This document shows, piece by piece, positions 63,202 to 64,000 of a stretch of 64,000 bases of DNA. The notes under the pieces were generated by a model. That model saw only the letters and a program-made list of their open reading frames with translations. It did no database searches and was not told the origin of the DNA. Made by a program: the position numbers and the translations under genes. The stretch covers positions 32,001 through 96,000 of the forward strand of contig JASLXV010000054.1 of NCBI GenBank assembly GCA_030740155.1. The letters run 5' to 3'. The DNA comes from Dehalococcoidia bacterium (GTDB lineage: Bacteria; Chloroflexota; Dehalococcoidia; Lucifugimonadales; UBA3495). Numbering within the stretch: position 1 is the first letter of the stretch; the number at the start of each line of letters is the position of its first letter.

Positions 63202-63234
63202 ACCGGCGCTAAGCCAACTCGATTGCTGCCGGAT

Positions 63235-63323
63235 GTCCTTCCGAGAGAAGCGAGGAATCCCAGCGTATCAGCGAGATTCCTCGCGGGGTCTATCCTGGGT
63301 CAAGCCGAAGGGCTCGCAATGAC
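63235..63323. repeat. Composite REP doublet (GAAGCGAGGAATC / GATTCCTCGC...CTCGCAATGAC)
   Basis: Imperfect inverted pair with a nested CCTG..GCCGAAGGG unit. Confidence 0.6.
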
Positions 63324-63355
63324 AAGAATCAGGTTTGGGTTGCGTGAGCAGAGCA

Positions 63356-63448
63356 TCTCGTAAGAGGCTCGGTACCCAGCACTTCATCCCGGCAAAGGCC
63401 TAGAAGCAGCAAGCGTTTCTCTGGATTCCGGCCTTCGCCAGAATGACG
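63356..63448 (+). mobile_element. Degenerate left part of the 44449-type element
   Basis: Colinear with 44460..44552 across the terminal repeat, both REPs and the spacer. Confidence 0.7.
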
Positions 63449-63518
63449 AGAGGAGCGCGGCGGTAACAAGGGGAATGTCGCAACTGCCGTGGAGGGGTGC
63501 GGGAGTGTCGAGGTGAGC

Positions 63519-63866
63519 ATGACGAGAAGGAACACCCTCGTGCCTCACCATCGTCGTTCCGGCGGAAGCCGGAACCCAGGGCGGCAACCTTGCGTGTACC
63601 TCCTGGCCAGCAGGCGAAACGGTACGCTGTACGTGGGCGTCACCTCCAATCTCGTCCAACGTGTCTGGCAACACAAAGGGGACCTGGCCCAAGGGTTCAC
63701 CCAGCGATACGGCGTGCACGCGCTAGTGTGGTACGAAGCGCACGTTACGATGGAGAGTGCGATTGGGCGAGAGAAGAGAATCAAGGATTGGAAGCGGTCC
63801 TGGAAGATCGCACTAATTGAGGAGTCGAATCCCCGATGGCGCGATTTGTATGAGGAGCTTGGTTAG
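63519..63866 (+). CDS. Small stand-alone GIY-YIG nuclease
   Basis: CVYLLASRRNGTLYVGVTSNL..R..QH, FT.RY....LVWYE, A..RE..IK.W.R.WK and N P.W.DL motifs. ATG 63519 follows GAGGTG. Confidence 0.93.
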   Translation: MTRRNTLVPHHRRSGGSRNPGRQPCVYLLASRRNGTLYVGVTSNLVQRVWQHKGDLAQGFTQRYGVHALVWYEAHVTMESAIGREKRIKDWKRSWKIALIEESNPRWRDLYEELG

Positions 63867-63894
63867 CTGGATTCCGGCCTTCGCCGGAATGACG
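63867..63894 (-). repeat. CGTC-type REP abutting the GIY-YIG stop codon
   Basis: CTGGATTCCGGCCTTCGCCGGAATGACG, inverted relative to the REP at 63552..63579. Confidence 0.85.
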
Positions 63895-64000
63895 AATGTG
63901 AGGGGATTCGGTGAAGCATTCACCCCTCCGGCCAGGTGCCGATATGGGGATGCCTCAGCCGGTTCAGGCGGTTGAAGCTTCCGCGAAGCCTATCATCTCC

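Overview
A GC-rich bacterial chromosomal segment, most likely Chloroflexota/Dehalococcoidia (SAR202-like). The taxon is inferred from gene repertoire (multiple CaiB CoA-transferases, AhpD/CMD paralogs, an LLM oxidoreductase, a xanthine dehydrogenase-family subunit) and from the rsmD-coaD and atp gene order. No database search was run; families were recognised from motifs. Core genes: uvrA, rex, a complete F0F1 atp operon, a Lon-type protease, coaD, rsmD, ribF, tyrS and an EF-G paralog. Many catabolic and redox genes are also present. Signals the ORF track misses: (1) two in-frame UGA codons at redox motifs, giving a UGSC-type and an Rdx/SelW-type selenoprotein; (2) a small GIY-YIG nuclease gene embedded in a CGTC-type REP doublet, with a homologous ~165-bp non-autonomous element inserted at CTAG stop-codon sites elsewhere, a candidate nuclease-REP mobile system; (3) an integron attC site with decayed neighbours and no integrase; (4) palindromic repeats translated in frame inside two enzymes; (5) Rex-like operators at rex and at the atp operon; (6) an isobutyryl-CoA-mutase-type B12 mutase, a BbsE/F-like CoA-transferase pair and a CDF/DUF3179 chimeric ORF.
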